This document shows, piece by piece, positions 31,260 through 43,665 of a DNA stretch of 58,566 nt (positions within the stretch are counted from its first letter, which is position 1; each line of letters begins with the position of its first letter). The notes below the pieces were generated by a model. It saw only the letters and a program-made list of their open reading frames with translations. It did not search any database and was not told the DNA's origin. Source of the stretch: Craspedostauros australis. Taxonomy: Eukaryota. Where the stretch lies: positions 1-58,566 of the forward strand of contig JALAGF010002807.1 of NCBI GenBank assembly GCA_030167865.1, written 5' to 3'. Both the position numbers and the translations under genes were made by a program.

Positions 31260-32018
31260 CTATCCGTGGTTCACTAGATGATATCGTTGGTTGGTGTCGT
31301 GGTGTGACATCACCTTGAACATCATCCGGAATCTCGCCAACCTGCTTTCCGTGTCCATACTGCCGTCGCTGTCTTCGGGGAGTTGATCGCCCCTCGATTC
31401 TTCGCCAGCCGTTCTTGGCGAGTCGTCCTTCGGCTGCTGCGTGCCGGTTCTGTCTCGAGCGGTCGCCTGTAACTGCGGGTTCGGCATGATGATCAGATCC
31501 AGGGACTCGGGTCCGTTGACCAGTTCTGCCGATAATCTGGAATCGAGGCCTATGACCATGACGTTGTTGGGCGAGAAGACACCCGTGTGCGAGGCGTATC
31601 GGATGAGGTGAATGACGCCCTCGCCTCCCGCGTACTCGGATGCGTCGATGCTGAGCTTGGGCGAGCTGTCCTCATCGAGCACAAGTTCGCCCTCGATGTT
31701 GATCGCTTCCGTGGGTCCGTTGTAGGACAGCACAAAGTTGATGAGACCGGAGACGTGCATGTCGAGCGCGAAGAGAGAAGCTTCGTCGCCCTCGATGGCA
31801 AGGATGCCCTTCTTGACGATCTTGACGTCTCCTAGGATGGTAATCTGGTCGAAGGATGACACGAGCGTGAGGTCGTCGATGATCAGACTTCCTTCCGTCG
31901 GCCACGACGATCTCGATCGCAGAAGGCTGGTGCCGGAGACGGGCCTCGCTGACTGCACGATGTAGTATAGCAATACGAAGAACGCGAAGACGCCTTGAGT
32001 TGGCTGTCTCGCCATCAT
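31260..32018 (-). CDS. Hypothetical secreted protein with a beta-rich domain, ~252 aa
   Basis: Signal-peptide-like MMARQPTQGVFAFFVLLYYIVQSA; coding-type third-position GC bias; alternating hydrophobic/polar beta pattern. Gene boundaries uncertain. Confidence 0.65.
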   Translation of the reverse strand: MMARQPTQGVFAFFVLLYYIVQSARPVSGTSLLRSRSSWPTEGSLIIDDLTLVSSFDQITILGDVKIVKKGILAIEGDEASLFALDMHVSGLINFVLSYNGPTEAINIEGELVLDEDSSPKLSIDASEYAGGEGVIHLIRYASHTGVFSPNNVMVIGLDSRLSAELVNGPESLDLIIMPNPQLQATARDRTGTQQPKDDSPRTAGEESRGDQLPEDSDGSMDTESRLARFRMMFKVMSHHDTNQRYHLVNHG

Positions 32019-34162
32019 TCCTTCTGTCTTGTAGTGGAGGAGGGCTGGGACACTGTGCGCAGTGCAGTGACTCGTACGTGACACTCGTCTGGGTGGGGTG
32101 CTTGTTGGCTTTTGCTTTCCCCGAATGTCAAACTTGTGTGGACGATGCGTCGAGTATGTCGAATGGACGGGAAATGTATGACTGTGGTTGTGGTTGTGGT
32201 TGTTGGTCTTGATACGAGTATCGTCGTTGGCTTCGGTGCGTGCGGTGGTGCAACAATACCCAATTACACCGCGTGGTATGAATGCGTGCGATCAATGTGA
32301 TTGTCGCTGTAGATAGATAGAGGCCTGGGTGCTGAATGCCGATCACCGACGCCTTTTGTGCTTGGACAGGTTTCTTGCAACGGGACATCTTTGCCTCTGC
32401 GTTCATGTGAAGTCTTTTCCCTCACCTTACCTCACCTTACCTTACCTCGCTGTTGGCCTTGGTCCTCTCGTCTGGCTGGTCTTGGTTTGGTCTTAATTTG
32501 ACTGTTGGGGATTGCTGTGGCTGCAAGCACCTTAATCGAGTGCGGCATGGTACACACCGTACGCTCGGTTGAGTTGCTTGGAGGTGGCAGCACTGATGAC
32601 GCAACGAGGCTCCTTTGTGTGGTCTCCAATGTGCGTTGTCATTTCATCACACACGCAGATGGACCTTTTGGTGATTTGTTGATGTCGGAGAATACTTGCA
32701 CGCACTCGTATTCTTATGACTGCAATGCGAGTACTCAGCATGGAAGGGGAACAATCGCAGAGCATTGCGTGGTCGCGCAGCCCTTCCTCCTTTGCCTGCG
32801 GGGCTTTGTGGTCGTCGTCATTGTGATCGTCGAGATGTTTGCGCGGGTGAACTTCACTTCCGACAATGACCAGCCATCGATGTGTTGCACTTCCTTCTTC
32901 GCTTCGTCCCGTTTGGCTGTTCGAGTGTTGCATCGCGGACGGGACCAACCAAGCGAAGTCGATGCCGCCGATGTCGCCGAAGCATCCTTCAAAGACAGTA
33001 TCGCTGTCAATAGCATGCTATGCATACGTAGAGCAGTGTGGGCACGACGTAGAGTGCTGCTGAGACCCTCTCTGCCACGACAAAAAGCTGAAAGGATGTC
33101 GGAGTACTTGCTCTCTCCAGCTCTGGCTCTATTCCCCTGGAGAGGAAAGGAATCCAGCTCACGAACATACCATACACGTAACTGGCGCACTTATCGCCTC
33201 CAATTCTGTCATCACCTCTGACGCCGGTATGCTCACCACCGAATCCCAATGGCCGCCACACAAGCATAACCCGCCGCGGAGTGGAGCTGGTTGCGGAGGC
33301 ACTTCTTCCAACTCTTCGGGATTCTCCCTTCGCCGGATTGTTCGCCAGCGCGTGAACGGTTTGTTGCATCGTGCCTGTTACAACGAGACACGATACTCGT
33401 ACCGTTGTTGTTGTTGTTCTTCTTGATTGATTGATTGATTGTCTCGTGGATGTCAACCAAACCCCCGGAGTTACACAAGGCAATGCCCTTGCTGCTGTCG
33501 GTTCGGAGGTTCGGTCTGCCATCCATGCTCTGGAATGCGCAGTGCCACATTGTCCAGCGAAGCACAGCGCCGCAAGCCTTTCTCCGAAAACGCTCTCGAG
33601 GCGCCATCATTTCCGCGTTTGCCTTTTTCATCTTCGCTGATCGATGTGTTTGAGCTCTGTACGAGGACGATCTATTGTCATCCTTCCAGATGTGAGCGCC
33701 CCACATATGTCCATCGGCAACCTGAAGATGTGTGTCTGTCCAACAAGGAAGGTCAGCAGCGTACTGTACTATTCTAGAATAGGTAGTACGGAGTACCCAT
33801 CTGTGCTCGTATGGTATCGTTGTTGTTCTTGCGATTCAGCCATGAGCAGCAAGGAATTCATCGCCCAACAGAACATTCACAACTTTGGGCGCATCCCATT
33901 TGAATTCAAGGAAAGGAAAACCAGAGTAGAGTGATGAAGGTATTATAGTAAGTACGTAATGGAGAGTGCTTGGCAATCAGAATGAATTGCTCGACTCTCC
34001 TCTTATGGAGCATCAAATGGAGTGGAGTAGAGCATAGTGTTGGCCCACACCGCACAATCTCTCAATTATGTAAAAGCGCCACCTGACGCAGTTCATTTCG
34101 AGCCCCCAAGAGTGTGTTTGATGCTCGTATGCATGGTAGTCGCACACGGCACAGATTCAAGT

Positions 34163-37100
34163 TCAACCAATGCGCTGTCTCTTCGGATTGGTATTGCTGA
34201 TGTTGCTATCCCGATTGCTGCCATCAGACGCCTCGGCGGATCGCTTCAGCCCGCCACCGATTCCAATGGCATCCAAATAGCCCCAGAGATTCCATACGCT
34301 CTTGTCTGGCGACGAGTTGGCATCCGATGGTGGCCTCACCGCTGCGCTTCCACCCTGCCGCGCATTTGCTCTGGTCTGGCGTGGGGTTAGCACGCTTCCG
34401 CCTGCGTTTGCGCTGGGTGCAGTCTGTCGGTGCTGGCGTTGCGCGGGCATGTTCGTTGGCGCCGCTCGCATCGCCGCGTCATGGAGCTGCTGTTCGCGGC
34501 GGAGTTCTTGCTGCTCCGCATCGCGTTCTGCATTTTGCTGCTGTCTCCGTGCCATCGCAGCCTCGAGCTCATTGCGGAATCCAACAAACGGAACGACTAT
34601 AGCTTTGGTAAAGCGGTTCGTGAGGGCGCTCAGAATTATCTTGCCCTGTTCCTCGAATCGCTTTGGATCTTGACAGTTTGGGATGGTTGCAGCGACCAAG
34701 AAGATGACGTCATTGACCCACACGATCTCATAGTTCACTCTGTTGTTGTTGGAATCCACCAAGTTCGACAGCGCGCTCACGATGTGTCTTGTGGACACAG
34801 AGGGATCGATGTCGGAGACGCGGTAAATGGCTGACTTGTGCATGTCCCGAGCGAGCGGATCCTCTTCGCTGCCGCTTTCGAGATCGATCGTGTAGGGTGA
34901 CAAGTGGAAGTAGAGCTTGTTGCGACCGTACACCCACTTCGCCTGGGCATCGTCGGGGCGCAAATTCCAAACCTCCACTCGTCTGCCGCCAACGCTGCTC
35001 CCAGTCCGCCCTGCGCCTCCGGCGACATCATCGGCTTCTCTTCGGACTTGTTGCGGTGACTGATAGCTCCCAACACTCGTCAACGGTGGGTAGTTGTACT
35101 GCTCTTGCAGCGTGTACGTCAGCGCACAAAAGGCTGCGCCAGTCATGTAGGCATCGTAGGATGCCTCGTGCTCCTGCCTGTCCGTTGCTTGCTGCTGTTG
35201 CTGCCTCTGATGTTGAAGACGGCGCTGTTCTCCGTGATTGCTGGATGATGGAGATGCGAGGAAGCCATCGTACGTGGGGTTTTGAAGGGTGAAAGCGTCC
35301 TGCCATTGCGCTTGGTTGGTGATGGCGCGTTCGTAGACGGCGCTCAAGTGGGTGTGGTGACGAGCATTGGGCTGCCGTTTCTGGTGCTCCACCGAGAGCG
35401 TCTTCGTGTCGTAAATGACGGGAAAGTGATGGTGGATGAGCCGCTTGCAATCCGCCCAGTTCTCAGGCAATGTCCGTGAATGAAAATGCGTCATGAGGAA
35501 CATCAGGTCCTGCAACCCATTGTGCACAATCAGGGGGATCTTGCGACCAGCTGGATGGATTGATTTGACGGGAGACGACGCGATGGCGAACGAATGGCTT
35601 GGTGTGGACGGGTATTTCAACGCTTGCGCTGCGTTGAAGGAAAGTGCCACGTGCTCTTCCAATGACTTCGCCTGATCCGTCAACGGCCCAGAAGCCAGTG
35701 TTCGCAGCCCGTCGAATTCTCCCCGGCACGCCATGCTCAACGCAGCGAACACACGCCACATTCCCACAGTCTCGACGAACAGCTTCTCCCATCCCTCGCG
35801 GCGTAAGCGTTCCTGCCGCAGCTGCTTTTCGAGCTTGGAGAGCCTCCAGACACGGATCTGGTTCTGGTTGGACACCGTCTCCAGGACCAGATCTGGGTAC
35901 TCGCGGTCGATGCTCTCGTACAACGCACGTCGAAGGAAGGAGTTGCAGGGTGGCATGCAGTACGATGCGCCCTCCGGATCTTCCTCTCGTGGGACGATCG
36001 CTGCGTCGATCCATTCTCGCAGGCCTGCCATCGCGCGAGCATGGAACGTTTTGTCATCCTGCGCAGTCAGGGTGATGGAACGGCGGGGTGTGCCCTTGGA
36101 TGACGACGATGACGCCTTACCTGTTCTCTCATCCCGTTGCTCCTTCAAGATCTTGCTCTCCTTTTCGAAGTACTTTTGGATGATATCCTTCGCCATCTCG
36201 GTGGTGACGAATGGGATTCCTTTCGCAGCCCAGGAATCCAAATTCAGGCCGTGCTGCTGCAGAAAGTGCATGCTTGACGGGTTCATGGTGACCTCCCGCG
36301 TAATCCAATTATCCGTCGGTGGGAACATCGTAAAGTTGAACCGTCTCTGTCCTCGTGAATGAGCAGGAGAGAAATCGTGAGCATGATTATGGGTGCGCAT
36401 GTGCATGTGCACACGCACAGGTTCAATCAGGTGTTAACGCCAAGAGACGCGGTGATATCCAACGTTCCAAGCCAAGACGGCAAACAGAGATGCGTCGGTA
36501 CAAATAGTACGCAGCAGCGCGTTTGACGAGTGACGCATCGCACGTGAGTCAATTGAGTTCGTAACGAACGATCCGCATGTGCAGGGACGCAACTAGGCAA
36601 GATGAATGTCAACATGGGGTCTCACTCATGCACATGATGGGTTTCGGTAGGCGATCAATCAAGAAAATCCGCAAACACCTTGTTCACGTACAACGTGGTA
36701 ATGGGCACGGTCATACGGAGATGATAGAGGAATCCGCCCCTCCCTGGCATGGGCATCATCCGCTGCTTCATTTCCTTCTCTCTGATCCGCGTCACGGACG
36801 TCTCCCTCATCATCGTTGTCATCATTGTCGTTTTCTCCTCGAACGGGCGCTCGTGGCGCTGACGACGCTGCATGCGGAGAGGAACCGTGATCAGCCTTCT
36901 TCGTGAAGAGGCAGATTCCCAACTGGATGATGGAGTATCGCTCCGGCACCTTCTTGAGCGAAGGGTACCGATTGGCGGGAGAATCCTCCTTCGATGGCTT
37001 TGTGCTGTTCCCGCCTGCTGGCGGCAGCACGATCCCCGTCATCTCCTCGTCGATGCTGATCAAGGAGGCATGAGGCAGATGCCGCAGCAGCTCATTGCTT

Positions 37101-37505
37101 TGCTGCGTTCCGTCGAGGCCAAACGTTCGTGTGCAACAAAACAATGCGTGGAAGCGTACAGAGAGTGTGTTCCCATCACCATTGCAAAATTGGAGTTGAG
37201 GAGACAGCAAGAATGAAAAAAACAAGGTCGGTATGGCATTGAGTGAGAAACGAAGTGTCCTGGTTCCCCCCAGGCAACGGCAAGAACAACAGAAGCGACA
37301 ACAGCCGCAAGGACCAGGGCACTGAGAGCAATAGCATCAGCATCAGCATCAGCGACAACGAACAGTGATGGCAATCGGGCTGGCAAAGATCCCAAACATG
37401 ATGCCACATGTCCCAAATCGCAAGTCTCAAATTCCAACAATAACTCCTCAACGTGACCCAACATGCTCGTACCTCGATGAAATTAGACTTGAATACATTC
37501 ACCAT
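34163..37505 (-). CDS. PARN: Poly(A)-specific ribonuclease PARN (CAF1/DEDDh family), ~875 aa; exons 37505-37473, 37102-36692, 36346-34163
   Basis: Spliced product MVNVFKSNFIE-QSNELL...ISIDEEMTGI, IIQLGICLF, FNFTMFP, R3H-like CNSFLRRALYE, HNGLQDL, YDTK, HEASYDAYMTG and a C-terminal RRM-like region. Both introns are phase 0 GT-AG and keep frame. Confidence 0.88.
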
Positions 37506-38124
37506 GTTGGACTACTCCATATCATTCAGGGAGATGTTGGGACAGCAAGTGACAGTGATGCCTTTTTTCCTTTCTTGTTCTTCTCTGGTCGGGGTTGTCT
37601 TGGGTTGACTCTTCCTTGTTTGATTTGCTGGCGTGTCTCTGATTTGTGGCTTTCTCGCTCAGGCCTGAAAATGCGAGCAAAACACTCGTGCTCAAATCAG
37701 CGCAGCACAACGACACACAAACAGCGATTGGGATGACAACAGGCGATTCCGCACGCTGTTTGCACCGTCAATCCGGTGATTGGGAATTCTCACCAAATTC
37801 CGCGCCAAAGTCCGAAAGAGCATTTGTTCAGATGAGTCGATCACAAAAACAAAGTCAATTGTATTTCACCGTAACCCCCTTCGTACTCGTTTCCTCTCAG
37901 TCGTGTTTCGCACCCTCCTTCATGGTCACGTCTCATCCAAACGCAAGAGTCTTGAATGTGGTGCGGCCCGTGGCACGAGAATTAAGAGTGGCTCACTCGA
38001 TAATCGCCAAGTAGAGAAGTCAATCTCCAGACGCCAACAACATGATAGAGGTGCTAAGGTGTTTGTCTGGTCCACGTAGAATAGATTATGGTGCTATGCA
38101 GATGTTCTTAGGATGGTATTTCTC

Positions 38125-38150
38125 GTTGCGTTGCGTTGCGTTGCGTTACG
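38125..38150. repeat. (GTTGC)n pentanucleotide repeat just past the stop of the CAP-C gene
   Basis: Direct reading. Confidence 0.8.
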
Positions 38151-38160
38151 TTGGTGTTGC

Positions 38161-41100
38161 TTATGGGTTGGTTGAGCGAGTGGTGCTGACGCTGTCGCTC
38201 TGGAAGGTCATGTGATGTGCGTTGCTGGACACGTTGTTGCCGCCAGAGATCTTGTGCACGACGTGTTCTGGGAGCGGGAACTCGTGGCGTTCTTCACTGT
38301 CTTCCCCGTCGGGGACGCTGATGGTGATCTTGGTGCACTTGTTGGTAACGATGTCTGACATCTGCATGCCATCCTCTGACAGCCAGAGGGTGAGGACGTC
38401 GGTTTTGTCGAGTTGGTAGGCTGGACAGGTTCCCGTGCCTTGCAACGCAAGCTTCTTGCACTTCAACACCTTGCAGTCCTTGGTGATGCTGTCAAACACG
38501 ACGTTGATCTTGGTGCACTTCTCCACCAGCAGCGACTTCATCATGCAACCATGGATCTGCACACAGACATCGTGACAGTTGACGATGTGCACCTTCTGGG
38601 TTGGATCGAAGACATGGACAGTGACGACCATCTTCTCGCCTTGGTCAGCGCTGCTGTGTCCCTTGTTCTTCTTGGACTTGCTGCCGAAGATTCCGCGGTT
38701 GCCTCCCATGGGCTTTTGATTGGCGATGATCCACTTCCTGTTTTCCTCGCGGAACAGGACCATGGGACTGTTGGTGACCTTGCCGTGCTTCTGTCCTCGC
38801 TGCAACAGCGACATCGGACTGGTGGACTTGCTTCCCACGCTGTTGCCGCTGCTGATGTGCTTGCTCTTCGACACCGGTGACATTGCCGACGGTGCTCCGG
38901 CTGGTTGGTAGTTCTGGGAGCGGAAGTTACGATCGTTTCGTGCCGCTAGACCCGACGACTGATGTTGATGTTGCTGCTGGTGGATGGGTTCGTCGTTGAA
39001 AGAGGACGTGAAGGCGAAGTGCGCGCCAGAGTTCACTGGAAATCCCGGTGTATCATGCATGTTCTGCTTCGAATTCAGATGGCGCTGTTGCTGCGCACGG
39101 GTTGGGGATCCGTATCTGTTCATGCGCCGAGATGATGGCAGGCTCTGGGACTCGCCGTAGTATCCCATTCCACCTTGGTGGTCGGATGGTCGGCTGCCCT
39201 CAAAACGTTCGCCGTTGGCCAACGATTCCGGGAAGTCGAAGCGATCACCCTCGCTTGGTGCTGCATGTCCGCGCTGATGCACCTCGTTGTTGCGAGGCGA
39301 AATGAAGTGTTCGTCTTGACCGTCGATGGCTGCATTGAAGTCGCCAGCATGTTTGTGCTCGCTGCTCGCCATGGGTTCCTCTCGATGACTGGCATCCTGA
39401 GCTTCCGATTGGCGATCTCCACGACGAGATCTTGGCGGTTGCAGAGGCGGGCGTCCTGGGACAATGTTTCTCTTGGGGGTGTCTGGATCGTTGTCAATGG
39501 TTGACTTCTTGCCGCCGAACATTCCCAGAAAACCGCCTCGAGATTTACGTTTGGTGTTCGACTTCTGTTTCTCATCCTCCTTCACTTCGGACGATGCTGT
39601 TGCTGCATCGATTGGTTCCTCAGACTTGGTCTCCTCGGCCCCGGCAGACTGCAATAAATAGACGTGTGTATTGAGCAGGCATGTGTTAGTTGAGAGGAAG
39701 ACAATCGTATGTTAGAGGAGAAATTGATCAGAGGAACATAGTTCAACAACAGCATTGCCGTATTTGTTGCTGCATTTGTTTCGCACCACTCATCTTGTAT
39801 GGTGTGTATCAGCATGTTGTCGCACAAACGTGAAACTGCGGTCCATCCAGCGATATCGAGTGCATCCACATTTGATCGACACTGCACGCATCATGCCAAG
39901 TGCACAATCATCGTCTCACTTACCTTTTGGGTCGCCGTCACTTCGCCGCCGATGTCTACGTCAATCTCCTCGTTGATTTGTTCCACTTCCATCCCGGTGT
40001 CACTGTCGAACAGCATGCCGTCACGCCCGGCGACGGGAGTGGAGACGTCTCCGGATGCCCCCATGTATTCGCTGAGGAGTGCATGCACGCATTCGTTGCT
40101 GGTGCCCTCGTGACACTTGTTCATCAGTGCGGGAGTTTTCTTGGGCGTAAGCTCGAGCAACAAGGCGACGCAAGCGAGGTTCTTCGTTGCCCCGATCTTG
40201 CAGGCGTAGAACAGGGCCGTGTTGTCGTGCTGATCAGTGGCCGTCCAGTCCGTCCATCGCTCGGTGTTCAGCATCTGAAGGGCATCGAAGTCACCAGCCT
40301 TGGCTGCATCCCACTGCGTGATGATCTGACCGGGAGTCTTGTCGGTGTTGAAGCTTTTCATCGAGGCCGCAGCCTTGCTGGCCGTTCCAACAGAACCGCT
40401 GGTCTTCTTGGAGGCGACGGACTTCGTATCTGCATCCTCGGCCTCGGCTTCTGGAGCTGCAGCCTCTTCTGCATCAGTATTCGCGCTTGGCGAGGTCACT
40501 ATACTGCCGGTGATTGCGGACATCATGCTCTTGGCCATCGAGGCGACGCTGCCGACGTCAATGGAATCCAGGGCGTCGACGATGTTCCTTGGGACGTCTT
40601 CGGGCAGCTCCGTGTTGCTCTCTGCGGTAGCCTTTTCGGACTTGTCGGCGGCCGTCGCCTTCTCTTCGACCGCCTGTTCTTGAACTGCCTCTTCGGCGGC
40701 ATTGGCCGTTGGCATGTCAGCAACCGGTGGGGATGGTTGATCGGCCTCGAGATTGCCAGGAGCCGTGATGGGTGCACTCGGCGGTGCCGCCTCTTCGACC
40801 TTGCTTGGTACGCGGGAGGCCACACTTGCTTTGGATCTGGCAGATGCCGCAGTCGCCTTCGACTTCTGCGAGGCGACCGACGCCTTCGACTTGCGAGAAG
40901 CAGAAGACGCCTTGGACCGTTTCGACAGGGCGGACATCTTCGAGAGGAAGGAGGACTTTGACGCTTTCGAAGAGACCGATGCGGTATCACCGCCGTCCTG
41001 AATCTCGGTATCTTTCTTGAATGCCACAGACTTGGTGTCAGTGGATGTGACACCTGCATCATTCGCGCCATCATCGGCGGTTGCATTGGACAATGCCACG

Positions 41101-42479
41101 CTGTTGCTCGCGCCGGCGCTGTCAACCTTGGCAGACGCTGTTGATTTGGCGGATTTCGTCGACTTGACGGAATGCTTACTCTTCACGCTGACCGTGCTGG
41201 CGTTGTCAGCCTTGGCAGAAGCTGCCGATTTGGCGGATTTCGTCGACTTGACGGAATGATTGCTCTTCACGCTGACCGTGCTGGCGCAGTCAGCCTTGGC
41301 AGAAGCTGCTGACTTGGCGGATTTCGTCGACTTGACGGAATGATTGCTCTTCACGCTGACCGTGCTGGCATCACATTGGGCCGGCTCTTGCGTTGAGACG
41401 GCCGCTGACTGGATAGACTTTTCTTCCGCCGACGCAACTGGGACTGGCGGAGGCTTTGTGGAATTCTTGGATGCCGATGATGCAAAGCTGACGAAGCTAC
41501 CTGCCTTCTTCAGAGCATCGGGCTTTGGAGAACCAGGGGCTGCGGCCTCAGGCTTGCTGATGGTGGCCTTCTTTGCGGAGGTTGCCTTGGATGACTTCGA
41601 TAGGATAGACTTGAATGGTGTGGTGGACTTGCGAGACTTGCCTGACATGAACGACTTGGCAGACTTCGTCGATTTCACAGATTTCTGTGACTTTGCGGAC
41701 ACAACGCTGACGTCGCTCTTGACGTTTCGCAAAAGAGCAGGAGACGGTGAAGAATCCAGCTTGTTGAGGGCGGACTCGGCGGTGTCCACAGATTGGCCTG
41801 GCGGATCGGTACCGTCGGTTTTGGCGATGGCAACAGCAGCAGGTGTGCCTTCCGTTGACGCGGACAGCGTGCTGATCTCAGTCGCCCGTGCACCGGTAGG
41901 GGTGTCCTCGATCAGAGTTACCTCGAGCTTGTAGGTCTCCTTGGAGATATCGGATTGAATAGGTGCGAATTCCTCCAATGTGCTGGCTGCCGGTGGTTGG
42001 TCTCGCTCTTGGGTTTGGGTGTGTGCCTGCTTGGCGACGGATGCTGCGGCAGTATTCACCCCAGAAGAAGCCGCTGATGTGCCAGCGGCTGGGACGGTTG
42101 GGGCTACCGTGTCCTGCTGCGTGGGCGACCCGATGAATGGGGCCATGAAGTTGGCTGCGGCAACTGTGTAGTCCTGTGGCGTCTCTCCGCCGTCCTCGCC
42201 ATCGTCTCGGCCCTCTTCCTCCAGCAGTGGGATTCCCAAGGTTGATCTCATGGAGTACAGGTAGGACACGAACTCGTTCGCCTGCTGGTACGTTTTGTCG
42301 ATCGCCACCTCGATCTCCGACTTGATGGGCGTGCGGTTGTCGATCTTCTGGGTGTCGAAACTCTCCATGCTGGCACATTGGAACATACCCGCGACGACGC
42401 TCGCATTCGATGGTGGAGACGACGTCACCGTGAGGCCGTCCTTCCCATTGATCGTCTCCTTGGGGGCTGTGGGGGTCAT
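38161..42479 (-). CDS. Large low-complexity protein with ankyrin repeats and a C-terminal cyclase-associated protein (CAP_C/CARP) domain, ~1347 aa; exons 42479-39924 and 39648-38161
   Basis: A phase-0 intron 39923-39649 (AAG|GTAAGT...TTGCAG|TCT) joins two ORFs, and the downstream ORF has no ATG near its 5' end. Ankyrin-like WDAAKAGDFDALQML and DQHDNTALFYAC; CAP_C-like VHIVNCHDVCVQIHG...LVEKCTKINVVFDS...QGTGTCPAYQLDKTD...EFPLPE. Confidence 0.8.
41121..41369 (-). repeat. Three tandem 84-bp coding repeats (28 aa, ASTVSVKSNHSVKSTKSAKSAASAKAD-x)
   Basis: Units start at 41121, 41205 and 41289 and are near-identical in DNA. Confidence 0.95.
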
Positions 42480-43665
42480 TGTGCTCTCCTCCTACTGCTG
42501 CGAGGCTCCGTCCTTTGCTCTGGTACAGCTCGAGGTCGCGCCCTTGCTTCCTCTATCGATGTTGTGCGGATGTGCGTTTGTGGGGGGAAGATGTGTGTTG
42601 TGTGGTACTTTGTGACGAAAGGTTGTGGTGAGGTATGTATGGGGACTGTGCTGCAGCCTCTTGCGCGTTGGACGATGGCTCCTTCGCTGTTGATTCCTTC
42701 CGTTGCGTTCCAATTGAAGCCAATCGGTTTGTGTCGGAGGAGTTGTGGCCCCACCGAAGGTTGGATGCAGTTGTCAGCTCCTGTCCCTGGTCTTGTTGCT
42801 GTTTCGGTCTCGTTTTCGCGGTCTTATTCTCGATCAGCACGGCGGTTTGGTTGATTGTGTGAGTTGGGCGTCATCATTTCACATTGGTCGCGTTGCGCGT
42901 TCGTGCCTTGTGCTTTGATTTCTGTTGTCCGTCCGTGTCCGCCCAACGGATGGATTGTGTTCTCTCGGGTGATATAGACGTTTACAGACGTTATTTGTAA
43001 TAATAAAATCAAGATTCAGCGACGGCACATCGTTGCTCACTTCGCTATGTACTCTCCTCAACGGAGAATATGCGAGAAGTTTAGCTTGCGCAACTCCCGC
43101 CAAATCCGTCGAGGCCAGGCGGACAGAGAGGAGATTGGAGGATTGTCACTTTTTGGCGGTGGCAAAAGTTACGTTTCCTCACTTCGCGCATAGGAAGCGT
43201 TTCAACGTCCCCAAAGAGTGATGGTTGGCTGTTTCGTGTGGTCAAGTAGTTCTCATGTCACGAGGCTATCGCTATTGGAAGGGGATCAATGCTTCACAGG
43301 ACACCTCTCTCTCTCTCTCTCTACCCAGGCGCAGGAAGTCATAAGTAACTTCTTGAACGGTACCAGAAATCAAAGCAGAATGTGCAGAGCAGAGAAACAT
43401 AGAGTGAGACCTGTGGTACTATTCCATTATTACATATTGCTACACGGAGAGTAGAGAGAAGGACTTTGCGCAATTTAGAGTACGTACGTATTCTCTCTGC
43501 TGGTAGAGCGCAGCTATACAGCATGTACGAAGATAACGTATACTTCTCTAGGACGAATAATCTCGTAGACGCTGCCAGCCAGAGTACAAGCTAATCCACT
43601 CCACATACTCTCCTCGACCATGTTCGGACAACACCACCACCGTGCCTTTGGATTGGCACCACCAG

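Noticed and set aside
32436-32500. CTTACCT as the 5' end of U1 snRNA
   Set aside because: The downstream sequence has none of the U1 loop motifs; it is part of a pentamer repeat.
32100-34000. Several 130-240 aa ORFs on both strands
   Set aside because: Mostly non-ATG starts, no codon bias or motifs; looks like UTR or intergenic DNA.
33931-34086. GTGATGA box C followed by a GGAGAGT/ACTCTCC hairpin
   Set aside because: The nearest CTGA is ~150 nt away and no rRNA or snRNA complementarity was recognised.
39891-42479. Silaffin/cingulin biosilica protein
   Set aside because: KxxK motifs are present, but there is no signal peptide and the protein carries cytosolic ankyrin and CAP_C domains.
42774-42877. 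Minus-strand ATGATGA...CTGA...CTGA as a C/D snoRNA
   Set aside because: The best rRNA complement noticed is only ~8 nt, and it lies in the probable 5' UTR of the ankyrin/CAP-C gene.
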